From NCBI GenBank assembly GCA_963663865.1, contig OY760686.1, positions 1,376,001-1,440,000 of the forward strand: 64,000 nucleotides of DNA. The letters are read 5' to 3'. This document shows, piece after piece, positions 28,379 to 38,430 of the stretch (the stretch's first letter is position 1; every line of letters begins with the position of its first letter). The position numbers and the translations under genes are program-made. The notes beneath the pieces were generated by a model. The model worked only from the letters and a program-made list of their open reading frames with translations. It was not told the origin of the DNA and did no database searches. This stretch comes from Spirochaetota bacterium (lineage in GTDB: Bacteria; Spirochaetota; UBA4802; UBA5550).

Positions 28379-28639
28379 GTGAAATACCTTGTTATTGTTC
28401 TTTCCATGAGTCTGTTTGTCATCGGATTCGTATGGCAGAATATTGAGGTCGTTAAGCTTAAGATGGAATACAGGCGGCTTCAAACAGAGAGGGCAGAGGC
28501 GGCTAGGGAGAACGACCGGCTTCGATGTGAGATTCAAGAGTTGAGCAGCCTTAAAAGGCTCGAAAATGCCGCTCTGTCTCTGGGCATGAGGCCGATTAAA
28601 CCGGGCGATGTTCATATAATCGGGAAGGAAGCGAAGTGA
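28379..28639 (+). CDS. ftsL: Cell division protein FtsL-like
   Basis: Single TM, then a coiled coil and RLENAALSLGM; lies directly after rsmH. Confidence 0.8.
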   Translation: MKYLVIVLSMSLFVIGFVWQNIEVVKLKMEYRRLQTERAEAARENDRLRCEIQELSSLKRLENAALSLGMRPIKPGDVHIIGKEAK

Positions 28640-30168
28640 CTGTAAAAGTGAAATCCATTGAACTTCAAAGGCTTATATCGCAAAGCCCGGCTGATGTCAG
28701 GCTTTGCGGGTCGGAGAAGCAGGGCCGAACCGAAATCTTCGGAGTAGAGTACGATTCAAGAAAGGTATTCCCAGGAGCGCTCTTTGTGGCGGTTAAGGGA
28801 TTCGAGTCTGACGGGCATGGCTATGTCCGCCGGGCGGTTGAGGCCGGAGCTGCTGCCGTTGTTGTTTCGGAGGACAGGGCTGCCGAGTTTGAAGACCTCT
28901 CCGCCTCGGGCACAGCTGTTCTCGTATCATCTGATACGAGACGTACACTTTCCGCGCTTTCAGCGGCCTTTTTTGGTTTTCCATCACGGGGAATGAGGAT
29001 CGTGGGTGTTACCGGGACCAACGGTAAGACCTCAATAACCTACATGATAGAATCAGCTCTCAAACAGGACGGGGCTTCGCCGGGCGTTATCGGAACGGTA
29101 AACTACAGATGGGCCGGCAAAACCCTTGACGCGCCCAATACAACTCCCGAGTCGAGAGACCTGCAGGAGCTTCTATACTCCATGAGCCTTGACGGGGTAG
29201 ATACCGTTGTAATGGAAGTCTCCTCTCATGCCCTTGAGCTTGGCCGCGCCGCCGATATCGAATTTGACTGCGCTATCTTTACAAATCTGACCGGCGATCA
29301 CCTTGACTTTCACAGGGACATGGAGTCGTATTTCAACGCCAAGCTTAAGCTTTTCGATCATCTTGATAAAAGCCCAAAGCCCCGGAAGGCCGCTGTCGTA
29401 AACATTGATGACGAGTATGGTAAGAGAATATACGCTGACCGTGATAAATACCAGTATCCCGTCTATTCGTTTGGAGTTGAGAATCCCGCTGATTACATGC
29501 CGGAGAAGAGCTCCATCCTCAACAGAATTACAGGCCTGGCTTACATGTTAAAGTCGCCTGAAAAAGCCGGAATCTCGCTTAAAATAGCCGGGCGCTTTCA
29601 TGTCTACAACTCGCTCGCTGCGCTTTCCGCGCTGCATTCCCTGGGTGTGGGCTTCTCCAGCATCTCTGAGGGCCTTGCTTCTCTGGAGGCTGTACCGGGC
29701 CGTTTCGATGTAAGGACTTCAAAGTCAGGCTTTAGCGTAGTTGTTGATTACGCTCATACCGGCGACGCGCTTGAAAAGCTTCTGCAGTCGGTAAGGGAGC
29801 TTGATCATAACAGGCTGATCACTGTGTTCGGATGCGGCGGAGACAGGGACAAAACCAAGAGGCCGGTGATGGGCAGGATTGCTTCCGAGTACTCCGATAT
29901 CGCCATTGTAACCAGCGACAATCCCAGGACCGAGGATCCGGCTTTGATTATTAAAGATATTATCCCCGGAATAAAAAACGAAAACTACGAAGTGATTGAG
30001 GACCGCACAGATGCAATCGAATACGCCGTGAGCCTGGCTGTTGAAGGCGATATCATAGTAATAGCCGGGAAGGGTCACGAAACATATCAGATAATCGGTA
30101 AAACAAAAACTCATTACGACGACCACGAGGTTGCCGGGACTTTTATAAGCCGGAGGGAATCTCTGTGA
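28636..30168 (+). CDS. murE: UDP-MurNAc-Ala-Glu--2,6-diaminopimelate ligase
   Basis: GVTGTNGKTS, NTTPES, MEVSSHAL, VDYAHT, FGCGGDRD, SDNPR, AGKGHE. Confidence 0.97.
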   Translation: MTVKVKSIELQRLISQSPADVRLCGSEKQGRTEIFGVEYDSRKVFPGALFVAVKGFESDGHGYVRRAVEAGAAAVVVSEDRAAEFEDLSASGTAVLVSSDTRRTLSALSAAFFGFPSRGMRIVGVTGTNGKTSITYMIESALKQDGASPGVIGTVNYRWAGKTLDAPNTTPESRDLQELLYSMSLDGVDTVVMEVSSHALELGRAADIEFDCAIFTNLTGDHLDFHRDMESYFNAKLKLFDHLDKSPKPRKAAVVNIDDEYGKRIYADRDKYQYPVYSFGVENPADYMPEKSSILNRITGLAYMLKSPEKAGISLKIAGRFHVYNSLAALSALHSLGVGFSSISEGLASLEAVPGRFDVRTSKSGFSVVVDYAHTGDALEKLLQSVRELDHNRLITVFGCGGDRDKTKRPVMGRIASEYSDIAIVTSDNPRTEDPALIIKDIIPGIKNENYEVIEDRTDAIEYAVSLAVEGDIIVIAGKGHETYQIIGKTKTHYDDHEVAGTFISRRESL

Positions 30169-31568
30169 TTGCGGAATACAAAAGCACCGCGGGTGCGGTA
30201 GCCGATATTGTTGGAGGCAGACTTGCCGCGGGTGGGCGTGGAACGGTCATTGAAAGAATAGTCTCCGATTCGAGAGAGCTTTCCGGAAGGGGCTGCCTTT
30301 TTGTGCCCATCAGGGGCGAAAAATTCGACGGGCACGACTATATCGAAAAAGCTTTTGAGGGCGGGGCTGTTTCAGCTGCACTGTCTATGACTGAGGGTTA
30401 CGAGCAGGCCGCGGCAAGGAACGGAGCGGCTCTCATAAACTGCGGCGATACGCTTGCCGCGCTCGGGTCGGTCGCGGCAGCGCACAGGCTTGAGATGAAA
30501 GCCGTTGTTGCGGGAGTTACAGGGACGAACGGCAAGACAACAGTTAAGGAGATGCTCCACCACATTCTTTCACTAAAGTACAGCTGCTTTAAGAATGAAA
30601 AGAATTACAACAACGAGATTGGTGTTCCATTTACGATCCTTGGGCTGCGCCCTTCACATGAAAAAGCGGTTATCGAAATGGGGATGAATCACCCGGGAGA
30701 GATAGAGAGGCTTTCAAAAATTGTAAGGCCGGACGTGGCAGTAATTACCGGAGTGGGCGAAGGCCATCTTGAGTATCTGGGTTCTGTGAGAAATGTTGCT
30801 CTCGCCAAGAGTGAGATTTTTATGGGGATGAGGCCTGGTTCTTTGGCCGTTGTTAACGCTGACAATGAATTCTTTAATCTGCTTGAGGAGCGTGCCCGCG
30901 AGTACGGTGTTAAGGTGACCGGCTTCGGGCTCGAACGAGGAGATATTGTTCCTGACGGCTATCAAATATCCCCTGAAGGAATACGCTTTAAACTCTTCGG
31001 GGTTGAAATGCGCGTTCCGGTCTATGGCCTTCACAATGTCAGCAACGCCGTTGCCGCAGCCGCGGCAGCATCGTATATGGGAGTCGGCCCTGAAGAAACA
31101 GCTTCAGCGCTTTCTTCTTTTAAAGGCGTCAGCGGAAGGAGCGAGCTTGTCGAGTGCGGAGGAGTGACGGTAATCAACGATTCATACAATTCAAATCCGC
31201 TGTCAGCATCTTCAGCCATTAAGTCAGCTTCAGCGGCGTTCAGAGGCAGAAGGCTCATTGCAGTGCTCGGCGACATGAAGGAACTGGGTCCGGAAGCAGC
31301 AAGGCTTCATGCCGGGACAGGCCGTGAGGCGGCGCTTAACGGGTTTGCGGCGCTCTTCGTTTGCGGCGAATTCTCGAGGGAATACGCAAGCGGCGCTGCC
31401 GGCGCGGGTATGGATTCGGTAAACGCGATTGAGTTCGATTCGAGGGAAGAGCTTGCCCGCTATCTCAAGTCATTTGTTCTTCCCGGCGACGTGGTGCTTG
31501 TTAAGGGATCCAGGTCAACAAAAATGGAAGAGGTCGTTCAGGCCCTGGTCAAACGAGAGGAAAGATAA
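30165..31568 (+). CDS. murF: UDP-MurNAc-tripeptide--D-Ala-D-Ala ligase
   Basis: GTNGKTTVKEM, NYNNEIGVP, EMGMNHPGEI, NDSYNSNP, GDMKELG, VKGSR. Confidence 0.97.
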   Translation: MIAEYKSTAGAVADIVGGRLAAGGRGTVIERIVSDSRELSGRGCLFVPIRGEKFDGHDYIEKAFEGGAVSAALSMTEGYEQAAARNGAALINCGDTLAALGSVAAAHRLEMKAVVAGVTGTNGKTTVKEMLHHILSLKYSCFKNEKNYNNEIGVPFTILGLRPSHEKAVIEMGMNHPGEIERLSKIVRPDVAVITGVGEGHLEYLGSVRNVALAKSEIFMGMRPGSLAVVNADNEFFNLLEERAREYGVKVTGFGLERGDIVPDGYQISPEGIRFKLFGVEMRVPVYGLHNVSNAVAAAAAASYMGVGPEETASALSSFKGVSGRSELVECGGVTVINDSYNSNPLSASSAIKSASAAFRGRRLIAVLGDMKELGPEAARLHAGTGREAALNGFAALFVCGEFSREYASGAAGAGMDSVNAIEFDSREELARYLKSFVLPGDVVLVKGSRSTKMEEVVQALVKREER

Positions 31569-31569
31569 A

Positions 31570-32655
31570 ATGTTCTATCATTTAATACTGCCGCTGCAGG
31601 ATCACCTGTCTTTTTTAAGGCTTTTTCAATATATCACATTCAGGTCTGCTTACGCGGCGCTGACTTCGCTTCTGCTTGTGCTCATTTTCGGAAAGATAAT
31701 GATTGCCTGGCTTCAGAGCCTTAAATTGAAAGAGGAAATACGCAAACTCGGTCCGGAGAGTCACCAGGCAAAGGCCGGTACTCCAACAATGGGCGGAATA
31801 ATTATTCTCGGAGCGGTTCTCGTCTCAGCCCTGCTCTGGGGGAACTTCAACAATGCCTACTTTATCGTGCTTATGGCGGCGACTGTTCTTTTAGGAGCGC
31901 TTGGCTTTGCTGATGATTACATTAAGACAATACTCAAAAGAAAGGACGGGCTTCCCGCAAGAGGTAAGCTTCTCATTCAGCTTTGTATAGGCACCGGGGT
32001 TGCCGTTTTTATTTACGCCAATCCCTCTAATCCGGATGTCTCAAGCAGCCTCTTTGTTCCATTTATCAACGAGGCGGTTGCCGAGATGGGGTGGATGTGG
32101 ATAGTTTTTGCCGTTATTGTAATCGTCGGAAGCTCCAACGCAGTAAACCTCACAGACGGGCTTGACGGACTGGCGACCGGGACGGTAGCCATAGTCGTTG
32201 TTGTACTTGCTATCATGACTTATGTGACAGGACATGTAAAGATCGCGGAATATCTCCGTCTGCCTTACATAGCGCAGAGCGCTGAGCTGACGGTATTTCT
32301 CGCTTCTCTTGGAGGCGCGCTTCTCGGCTTTCTCTGGTTTAACAGCAATCCGGCCGGCGTATTTATGGGAGATACAGGTTCGCTCGCTCTCGGCGGAATT
32401 ATTGGGATAGTAGCCGTAATGATAAAAAAGGAAATCTTTCTTTTTATTGTAGGGGGCGTCTTTGTTATTGAAGCGCTTTCAGTTATCATCCAGGTCATAT
32501 CCTACAAGACCCGAAAGAAGCGTGTGTTCAAGATGGCGCCTCTACATCATCACTTTGAGCTTTCAGGGTGGCCTGAACAGAAGGTCGTGGTAAGAATGTG
32601 GATTCTTGGAATAGTCCTCGCGATTCTGGGGCTGAGTTCTCTTAAGATTCTGTAG
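31570..32655 (+). CDS. mraY: Phospho-N-acetylmuramoyl-pentapeptide transferase
   Basis: GTPTMGG, NAVNLTDGLDGLA, FMGDTGS, MAPLHHHFE; ATG at 31570 immediately after the murF stop. Confidence 0.97.
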   Translation: MFYHLILPLQDHLSFLRLFQYITFRSAYAALTSLLLVLIFGKIMIAWLQSLKLKEEIRKLGPESHQAKAGTPTMGGIIILGAVLVSALLWGNFNNAYFIVLMAATVLLGALGFADDYIKTILKRKDGLPARGKLLIQLCIGTGVAVFIYANPSNPDVSSSLFVPFINEAVAEMGWMWIVFAVIVIVGSSNAVNLTDGLDGLATGTVAIVVVVLAIMTYVTGHVKIAEYLRLPYIAQSAELTVFLASLGGALLGFLWFNSNPAGVFMGDTGSLALGGIIGIVAVMIKKEIFLFIVGGVFVIEALSVIIQVISYKTRKKRVFKMAPLHHHFELSGWPEQKVVVRMWILGIVLAILGLSSLKIL

Positions 32656-32659
32656 GGGG

Positions 32660-34069
32660 ATGAAAACGTTAAGCGGAATGATAAATCTTGATAATATAAA
32701 CAGCATTCTCGTTGTCGGTCTGGGTTACCGGACCGGTCTGGCGGCGTCAAACTTTTTAGCGGCATCGGGTAAGACAGTGACAGCCAACGACCTCAGAACG
32801 GCCGATGAGCTTTTTGAAGTTACAAGCCGCCTTGACCGTCGAGTAGGTGTAATAGCTGGAACACAGGATGCGTCGGTACTTGATAAAGGCTTTGACCTCT
32901 TGGTGCTGAGTCCCGGGGTTCCGGCTTCTATTCCCCTGGTCAAATCCGCGGTGGAGAGGAGTATTCCCGTTATCTCCGAAATCGAGCTTGCGGCCGCTTT
33001 TTTAAAGGGAACCGTAATAGCCATAACAGGAACAGACGGAAAATCTACGACAACAGATATGACCGCTTTTATTCTGAAATATCTGGGGATGAAGACCCTT
33101 ATGGGCGGCAATATCGGTATTCCTCTTATATCGCTTGTCGAACAGTCCGGAGATGATACTTTTTCAGTTATTGAGGTATCGTCCTTTCAGCTCGAAACCG
33201 TCAGGGATTTTCGCCCTGATGCCTCCGCGCTTCTTAACGTGACTCCAGACCATCTTGACAGGTACGCGGGAATGGAAGAATACTTTCAGGCGAAGATGCG
33301 AGTAGCCATGAATCAGAAAGAAGGCGATTTTTTTGTGTATAATCTTGATGACGGATTTGCGAGAAGGGGGAGCGCTTCGGTGCAATGCGCTGCCCTTCCG
33401 TTTTCGCTGTCGGACGATGCGGCTTCATGTTTCTTTGACGGAGAATCCATTTTTTTAAGAAAGGGCGCACGTCCCGAGTTCGTGATAAAGGCATCTGATA
33501 TGGGCCTTATCGGGCTGCACAATGTACAAAACGCGATGGCGTCACTTCTGCTTGTTGTTTCAGTTCTGATTAAGAGAGAAATTTCGCCCGATATAGAGAA
33601 AATCGCAGAGGCCCTTAAGCAGTACAGAGGCCTGCCGCACAGAATGGAGCCTGTAGGAGAATATCAGGGGCGCTGCTTTGTAAATGACTCCAAGGCTACA
33701 ACCGTAGGGGCTGTTGAGATGGCTCTCAGAAGTCTGGACGGCAACGGAGTTCTGATTGTCGGCGGAAGGACAAAGGGCGATGACTATTCAAGGCTGGCCG
33801 ATGCGGCTGAAGGACGGGTGCATTCCGTGGTCACCGTTGGAGAATCAGCAGACTATTTTTACGGAATATTCAGCGGCTTCAACAGAGAGAAATCTTCAGA
33901 CCTCAGGGACGCAGTTATGAAGGCAATGAAAATGTCAAAGCCGGGTGATACCATCCTGCTTTCACCTGCCTGTGCCTCCTTTGACATGTTCAAGAGCTTT
34001 GAGGAGCGTGGAGAACTTTTCAGGTCTGTTTTCAAAGAGCTTTCAGAAGGAGCAGCAGCGTGGAGCTGA
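32660..34069 (+). CDS. murD: UDP-MurNAc-L-Ala--D-Glu ligase
   Basis: SPGVP, ITGTDGKSTT, EVSSFQLE, DHLDRY, NDSKAT, LSPACASFDMF. Confidence 0.97.
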   Translation: MKTLSGMINLDNINSILVVGLGYRTGLAASNFLAASGKTVTANDLRTADELFEVTSRLDRRVGVIAGTQDASVLDKGFDLLVLSPGVPASIPLVKSAVERSIPVISEIELAAAFLKGTVIAITGTDGKSTTTDMTAFILKYLGMKTLMGGNIGIPLISLVEQSGDDTFSVIEVSSFQLETVRDFRPDASALLNVTPDHLDRYAGMEEYFQAKMRVAMNQKEGDFFVYNLDDGFARRGSASVQCAALPFSLSDDAASCFFDGESIFLRKGARPEFVIKASDMGLIGLHNVQNAMASLLLVVSVLIKREISPDIEKIAEALKQYRGLPHRMEPVGEYQGRCFVNDSKATTVGAVEMALRSLDGNGVLIVGGRTKGDDYSRLADAAEGRVHSVVTVGESADYFYGIFSGFNREKSSDLRDAVMKAMKMSKPGDTILLSPACASFDMFKSFEERGELFRSVFKELSEGAAAWS

Positions 34070-35214
34070 GCCGCCCAGCATATTCGCTCAGAAGAAGGGA
34101 GCCTGACATGGTTCTCTTCCTGACGGTGTTTACCATCGCCGGAATGGGGATAGCGATGTGCTACAGCGCGAGCGCCGTATTCGCGCTCAATCACTACGGA
34201 GACGCTTTTTACTTTTTAAAGAAACAGCTTATCTGGTTTTTCGCTGGATTCATCGCGCTGCTTGCTTTTCAGGAGATCGACTACAGAAAGTATTCAAGAT
34301 ATACGGGTATAATGCTCATTGTTATGGCGGCGCTTCTTATTGCTGTCATTATCCCCGGCATAGGTGAAGACGCTAAGGGATCAGCGAGGTGGATAAATAT
34401 CGGCATATTGAACTTTCAGCCGTCCGAGTTCGTGAAGGTCGTGACAGTTATCTATCTGGCCAAGGCCTTTTCATCGGAAAACACTGACAATCCGGTGGTC
34501 CAGATTCTTGTACCACTCACCATAGTCGCTGCTATGTCATTGCTCATACTCCTTCAGCCGGATTTTGGTACAGCTGTTGACATTCTAATTGTTGCAGTGA
34601 CTCTGTTCTTTGTTTCCGGCTTTTCTCTTTTGTATATATTAACCCTTTTCGTGATCAGTATTCCAATGTTTTACCTGATTATATATCAGGTTGATTACAG
34701 AAAAGCCAGGCTTTTGGCCTACCTTGATCCCTGGGCGGACCGTTTCGGGTCGGGATATCATATCATTCAGTCGTTTATAGCCTTTAAGAAGGGAGCCCTG
34801 CTCGGCGTCGGTCTCGGCTTTGGGACTCAGAAGCTGCAGAGGCTTCCCGAGCCCCATACCGACTTTATTTTTGCTGTAATCGCGGAGGAAGTCGGGCTTT
34901 TTGGAACGGTGCTTATTGTCCTTCTATTTTGCATGTTTTTTATGAGGGCGGTGAGCATATCGCTTACTGCACCGGACAGATTCGGAAAACTTCTCGCGAT
35001 TGGTCTGGGACTTATGGTTACGGTACAGGCCTTTATAAATATGGGGGTAGTCACCGGGTTGCTGCCAACTACAGGCATTCCGTTGCCGATGATAAGCTAC
35101 GGCGGTTCATCGTTTCTGACTACCATGATTGCTGCCGGAATACTGCTGAACATATCACGAAACAGGGATTATTCATCGGCGGCTGAAAGACACACAGATG
35201 AGGTATGGAATTGA
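34060..35214 (+). CDS. ftsW: Peptidoglycan glycosyltransferase FtsW (SEDS)
   Basis: QPSEFVK, LQPDFGT, LPEPHTDFIF, PTTGIPLPMISYGGSS. Confidence 0.96.
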   Translation: MELSRPAYSLRRREPDMVLFLTVFTIAGMGIAMCYSASAVFALNHYGDAFYFLKKQLIWFFAGFIALLAFQEIDYRKYSRYTGIMLIVMAALLIAVIIPGIGEDAKGSARWINIGILNFQPSEFVKVVTVIYLAKAFSSENTDNPVVQILVPLTIVAAMSLLILLQPDFGTAVDILIVAVTLFFVSGFSLLYILTLFVISIPMFYLIIYQVDYRKARLLAYLDPWADRFGSGYHIIQSFIAFKKGALLGVGLGFGTQKLQRLPEPHTDFIFAVIAEEVGLFGTVLIVLLFCMFFMRAVSISLTAPDRFGKLLAIGLGLMVTVQAFINMGVVTGLLPTTGIPLPMISYGGSSFLTTMIAAGILLNISRNRDYSSAAERHTDEVWN

Positions 35215-36320
35215 AAGAAGGATCAGTATTGATAATTGGAGGCGGTACCGGAGGCCATATAAGCCCCGGAATCGCGTTATACGAAGAGTTTATGTCAAGG
35301 GGAGTTAAGGCGGTTTTTCTTGCTTCGAACCGGGACAAAAAGTACACATCTCTTGAGGCGGTTGACTCAGAGCTGCTGAACTTCTATCCGGCGCCGCCTT
35401 TCACGGCTAATCCGGTTAAGCTTCCGATCTTTGCACTGAGGTTTTTTCTTGCTGCGGGAAGAGCTTCACGGATTATGAAAAGGAATCAGGTCAGGGCTGT
35501 AATCGGGATGGGAGGATATACATCAGCGCCGGCCCTTTTTGCGGCTGGTATGAGGGGGATTCCAATTTTCCTTTGCGAACAGAATTCAATACCCGGCAAG
35601 GTCACGAGGCTCTTTGAAAAGAAAGCAAGAAAGATATTCGGAACATTTGAGGTATCAGCACGATATTTGAAAAACAGAGATGCCTTCGTATGTACAGGGA
35701 ATCCTGTCAGGAATAACGCGATATGCTCAGTTCCGAGAGATGAGGCAAGGCGCGCGTTCAACCTTGGCCATTGCAGAAAGGTGCTTCTCGTAATAGGGGG
35801 AAGCCAGGGGGCGATGAGGCTCAATAACCTGATTTTTAGCCTCAGAGAGCGCTATCCTTCAGATTTTAAGGATATTGGAATAATCTGGAGCACAGGCCCT
35901 GCTTCTTTCTCTGATTACAAAAAGAAGGTTCAGGAAGAACTAAGCGGCGGGTCGATATACCTGTCGCCGTATATAGAAAAAGTCGGACTTGCCTACAGAG
36001 CAAGCAATCTGGCCATAAGCCGCTCAGGAGCCGGAGTGATGATGGAGCTTGCCGGAAACGGTCTGCCATCAATACTGATTCCTTATCCTTACGCGGCAGA
36101 CAATCACCAGGCTCTCAATGCCGCCGCTTTTGAGGAAGCAGGCGCATCCCTGAGTGTAGCGGACTCTCAGGCAACAGCCGAGAATGTAGCCCCGATGCTC
36201 TTTCAGCTGCTCTCTGATGACAGAGGACTTGCGGTGATGTCCGAGGCATCCGTTAAGGCAGCCCGTACCAATGCCGCCTCAGAGATCGCGGTAAGGGTCT
36301 GTGATCTGGCAGGGCTGTAG
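35205..36320 (+). CDS. murG: Lipid II N-acetylglucosaminyltransferase
   Basis: GGGTGGHISP, GMGGY, EQNSIPG, GNPVR, GGSQGA, RSGA, HQALNA. Confidence 0.96.
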   Translation: MELKEGSVLIIGGGTGGHISPGIALYEEFMSRGVKAVFLASNRDKKYTSLEAVDSELLNFYPAPPFTANPVKLPIFALRFFLAAGRASRIMKRNQVRAVIGMGGYTSAPALFAAGMRGIPIFLCEQNSIPGKVTRLFEKKARKIFGTFEVSARYLKNRDAFVCTGNPVRNNAICSVPRDEARRAFNLGHCRKVLLVIGGSQGAMRLNNLIFSLRERYPSDFKDIGIIWSTGPASFSDYKKKVQEELSGGSIYLSPYIEKVGLAYRASNLAISRSGAGVMMELAGNGLPSILIPYPYAADNHQALNAAAFEEAGASLSVADSQATAENVAPMLFQLLSDDRGLAVMSEASVKAARTNAASEIAVRVCDLAGL

Positions 36321-36350
36321 GGCGAATTAAACAATTTAGAGGAATCGAAA

Positions 36351-37718
36351 GTGTTCAGAAAGTCAAAAAAAATGCACTTCATAGGAATCGGCGGAATCGG
36401 TATGAGCGGAATTGCCGAGATACTTATAAATATGGGATTTGAGGTTTCAGGTTCAGACCTTCATGAGTCTGACCAGACAAGACGTCTTCAATCGCTGGGG
36501 GCCAGGGTCTTTATCGGCCACCTGCCGTCAAATATCCTTGATTACAATGTCGTAGTGACATCGACAGCGATAAGCCGTTCCAATCCTGAACTGATTGAGG
36601 CAAAAAAAAGAGGCATACCCGTGATTCACAGGTCGGAGATGCTCGCAGAGCTTGTACGGCTCAAGCACGGAATAGGAGTGGCGGGTACACACGGAAAGAC
36701 GACGACATCGTCCATGCTTGCGCATCTTCTATGCCATGGCGGTTATAATCCGACCGCTATAATAGGCGGGAAGGTGCACAACTTTGACAGCAATGCCTGC
36801 ATCGGTGAAGGCGAATACCTTGTCTTTGAAGCTGATGAATCGGATGGTTCATTTCTTAAGCTCCTGCCGACTATTGGAATTGTAACGAATATTGACGCGG
36901 ATCACCTTGACCACTACAAGTATTTTAACAATATCAAGTCCGCCTTTCTTGAGTACATAAACAATATACCGTTTTACGGCTATTCTGTGCTCTGTATTGA
37001 TGATCCGACAGTCAGGGAGCTTTTGCCCGAGGTAGAGAGGCCTCACATGACTTACGGCTTCTCACCCGACGCGGACGTAAGAGCGGCCGAAACCAGGCTT
37101 GAAGACGGCATGATGAAGTTCAAATGCTTCATCAAGGATAACCTTTTCGGAGAGATTGAGCTTGCCTCTCTCGGCAGGCACAATGTTCAGAATTCGCTTT
37201 CGGTAATTGCGGTGGCCCACGAGCTTGGTATGAGCAGTGTGCAGGTAAGGGAAGGTCTTGCCTCATTCCGCGGAGTCGGAAGACGCTTTGAGAGAATTGG
37301 CGAGGAGAACGGCATTCTGGTAATGGATGACTACGGGCATCATCCAACCGAAATAAGAGCGGCCCTTGACGCTTTGAAGGAAATCGGGAGAAGGCTTATC
37401 GTTGTATTTCAGCCTCACCGCTATACCAGAACGCAGCTGCTGTGGGATGAATTTGCCCAGGCATTCAGCAAGGCTGATGAGCTGATATTAGCCGGAATAT
37501 ATCCGGCCGGTGAACAGCCTATTGAAGGTGTTTCATCTGAACTGATTGCTGAGGCCATTATGAAACACGAAAAACGCTCTGTTGATGTGGTCGAGAGGTT
37601 TGAGGATATAGCCGAAGCTGTTCTCGCAAAAGCAGCCCCGGGAGACCTGATTGTGACACTTGGCGCTGGAGATATTTACAAGGCCGGAAGAATGATTATA
37701 GAAAAACTCAGGAAATAG
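36351..37718 (+). CDS. murC: UDP-MurNAc--L-alanine ligase
   Basis: HFIGIGGIGMSGIA, AGTHGKTTT, EADESDGSF, DDYGHHPTEI, FQPHRYTRT. Confidence 0.98.
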   Translation: MFRKSKKMHFIGIGGIGMSGIAEILINMGFEVSGSDLHESDQTRRLQSLGARVFIGHLPSNILDYNVVVTSTAISRSNPELIEAKKRGIPVIHRSEMLAELVRLKHGIGVAGTHGKTTTSSMLAHLLCHGGYNPTAIIGGKVHNFDSNACIGEGEYLVFEADESDGSFLKLLPTIGIVTNIDADHLDHYKYFNNIKSAFLEYINNIPFYGYSVLCIDDPTVRELLPEVERPHMTYGFSPDADVRAAETRLEDGMMKFKCFIKDNLFGEIELASLGRHNVQNSLSVIAVAHELGMSSVQVREGLASFRGVGRRFERIGEENGILVMDDYGHHPTEIRAALDALKEIGRRLIVVFQPHRYTRTQLLWDEFAQAFSKADELILAGIYPAGEQPIEGVSSELIAEAIMKHEKRSVDVVERFEDIAEAVLAKAAPGDLIVTLGAGDIYKAGRMIIEKLRK

Positions 37719-38416
37719 TGCCGATTATGCCGAAGTTTTATAGTAGTGTGCTTGCTGTAGTTCTCTGCGTTGTTGTCTGCGCTGAGAAATCTGATGCCTC
37801 AGATATAAGGTATTACAGGAGCATGGACTTTAGCGGTCTGGAATTACTTGATAAGGCTGTAATTTTAAAGGGAGCTGTTTCAGCGGAAAATGGGGCAATC
37901 GCGGCTGATATGGATCAGCTGAGGATGAACCTTTCAGGCAGTGCACTTGTCGATTCTTTCAGACTGGATTCAAATGGGCAGAGGCTATCTGTGATTGTGA
38001 AGGAAAAGAAGATAAGGGCAGCTCTCGCAGTTGTTAACGGCTCAAGGGTCATTCCGGCGCTGCTGACATTTGACAACAGGCTTGTTTCAGGGTCTGAAGC
38101 GGCTTCTATGCCCGTGATCGTGGTAAATGTGGAGAGGTTTGTTAACGGAAAACCGGCAAGATCTCTGCTCAGAGCCGCAGGCCTTGTAAGATGGATATCC
38201 GATAAGGAACCAGATTTTTACAGTCAGATTCTATCGGTGGAGCTGACAGATTCCGACAGGCTTGTTGTTAAGCTTAATGGTAGAAGGACGCTGTTTAGAA
38301 CAGATTTTTCAAGACAGGGGCTGATGATGGTCAAGAAGGCGGCGGCTTTTTTTGACACAAAAGAATACTATCCTGACAAAATGAATATTATCGGAGACAG
38401 AGCGGTCATACGGTGA
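37718..38416 (+). CDS. ftsQ: Divergent FtsQ/DivIB-like protein
   Basis: Position between murC and ftsA; N-terminal TM, then a POTRA-like segment ending LSVIVKEK; similarity is weak. Confidence 0.6.
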   Translation: MPIMPKFYSSVLAVVLCVVVCAEKSDASDIRYYRSMDFSGLELLDKAVILKGAVSAENGAIAADMDQLRMNLSGSALVDSFRLDSNGQRLSVIVKEKKIRAALAVVNGSRVIPALLTFDNRLVSGSEAASMPVIVVNVERFVNGKPARSLLRAAGLVRWISDKEPDFYSQILSVELTDSDRLVVKLNGRRTLFRTDFSRQGLMMVKKAAAFFDTKEYYPDKMNIIGDRAVIR

Positions 38417-38430
38417 CCGGGGAGAGCATA

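Noticed and set aside
31429-31569. Extended N-terminus of mraY
   Set aside because: It overlaps murF in another frame; the ATG at 31570 gives a normal-length MraY.
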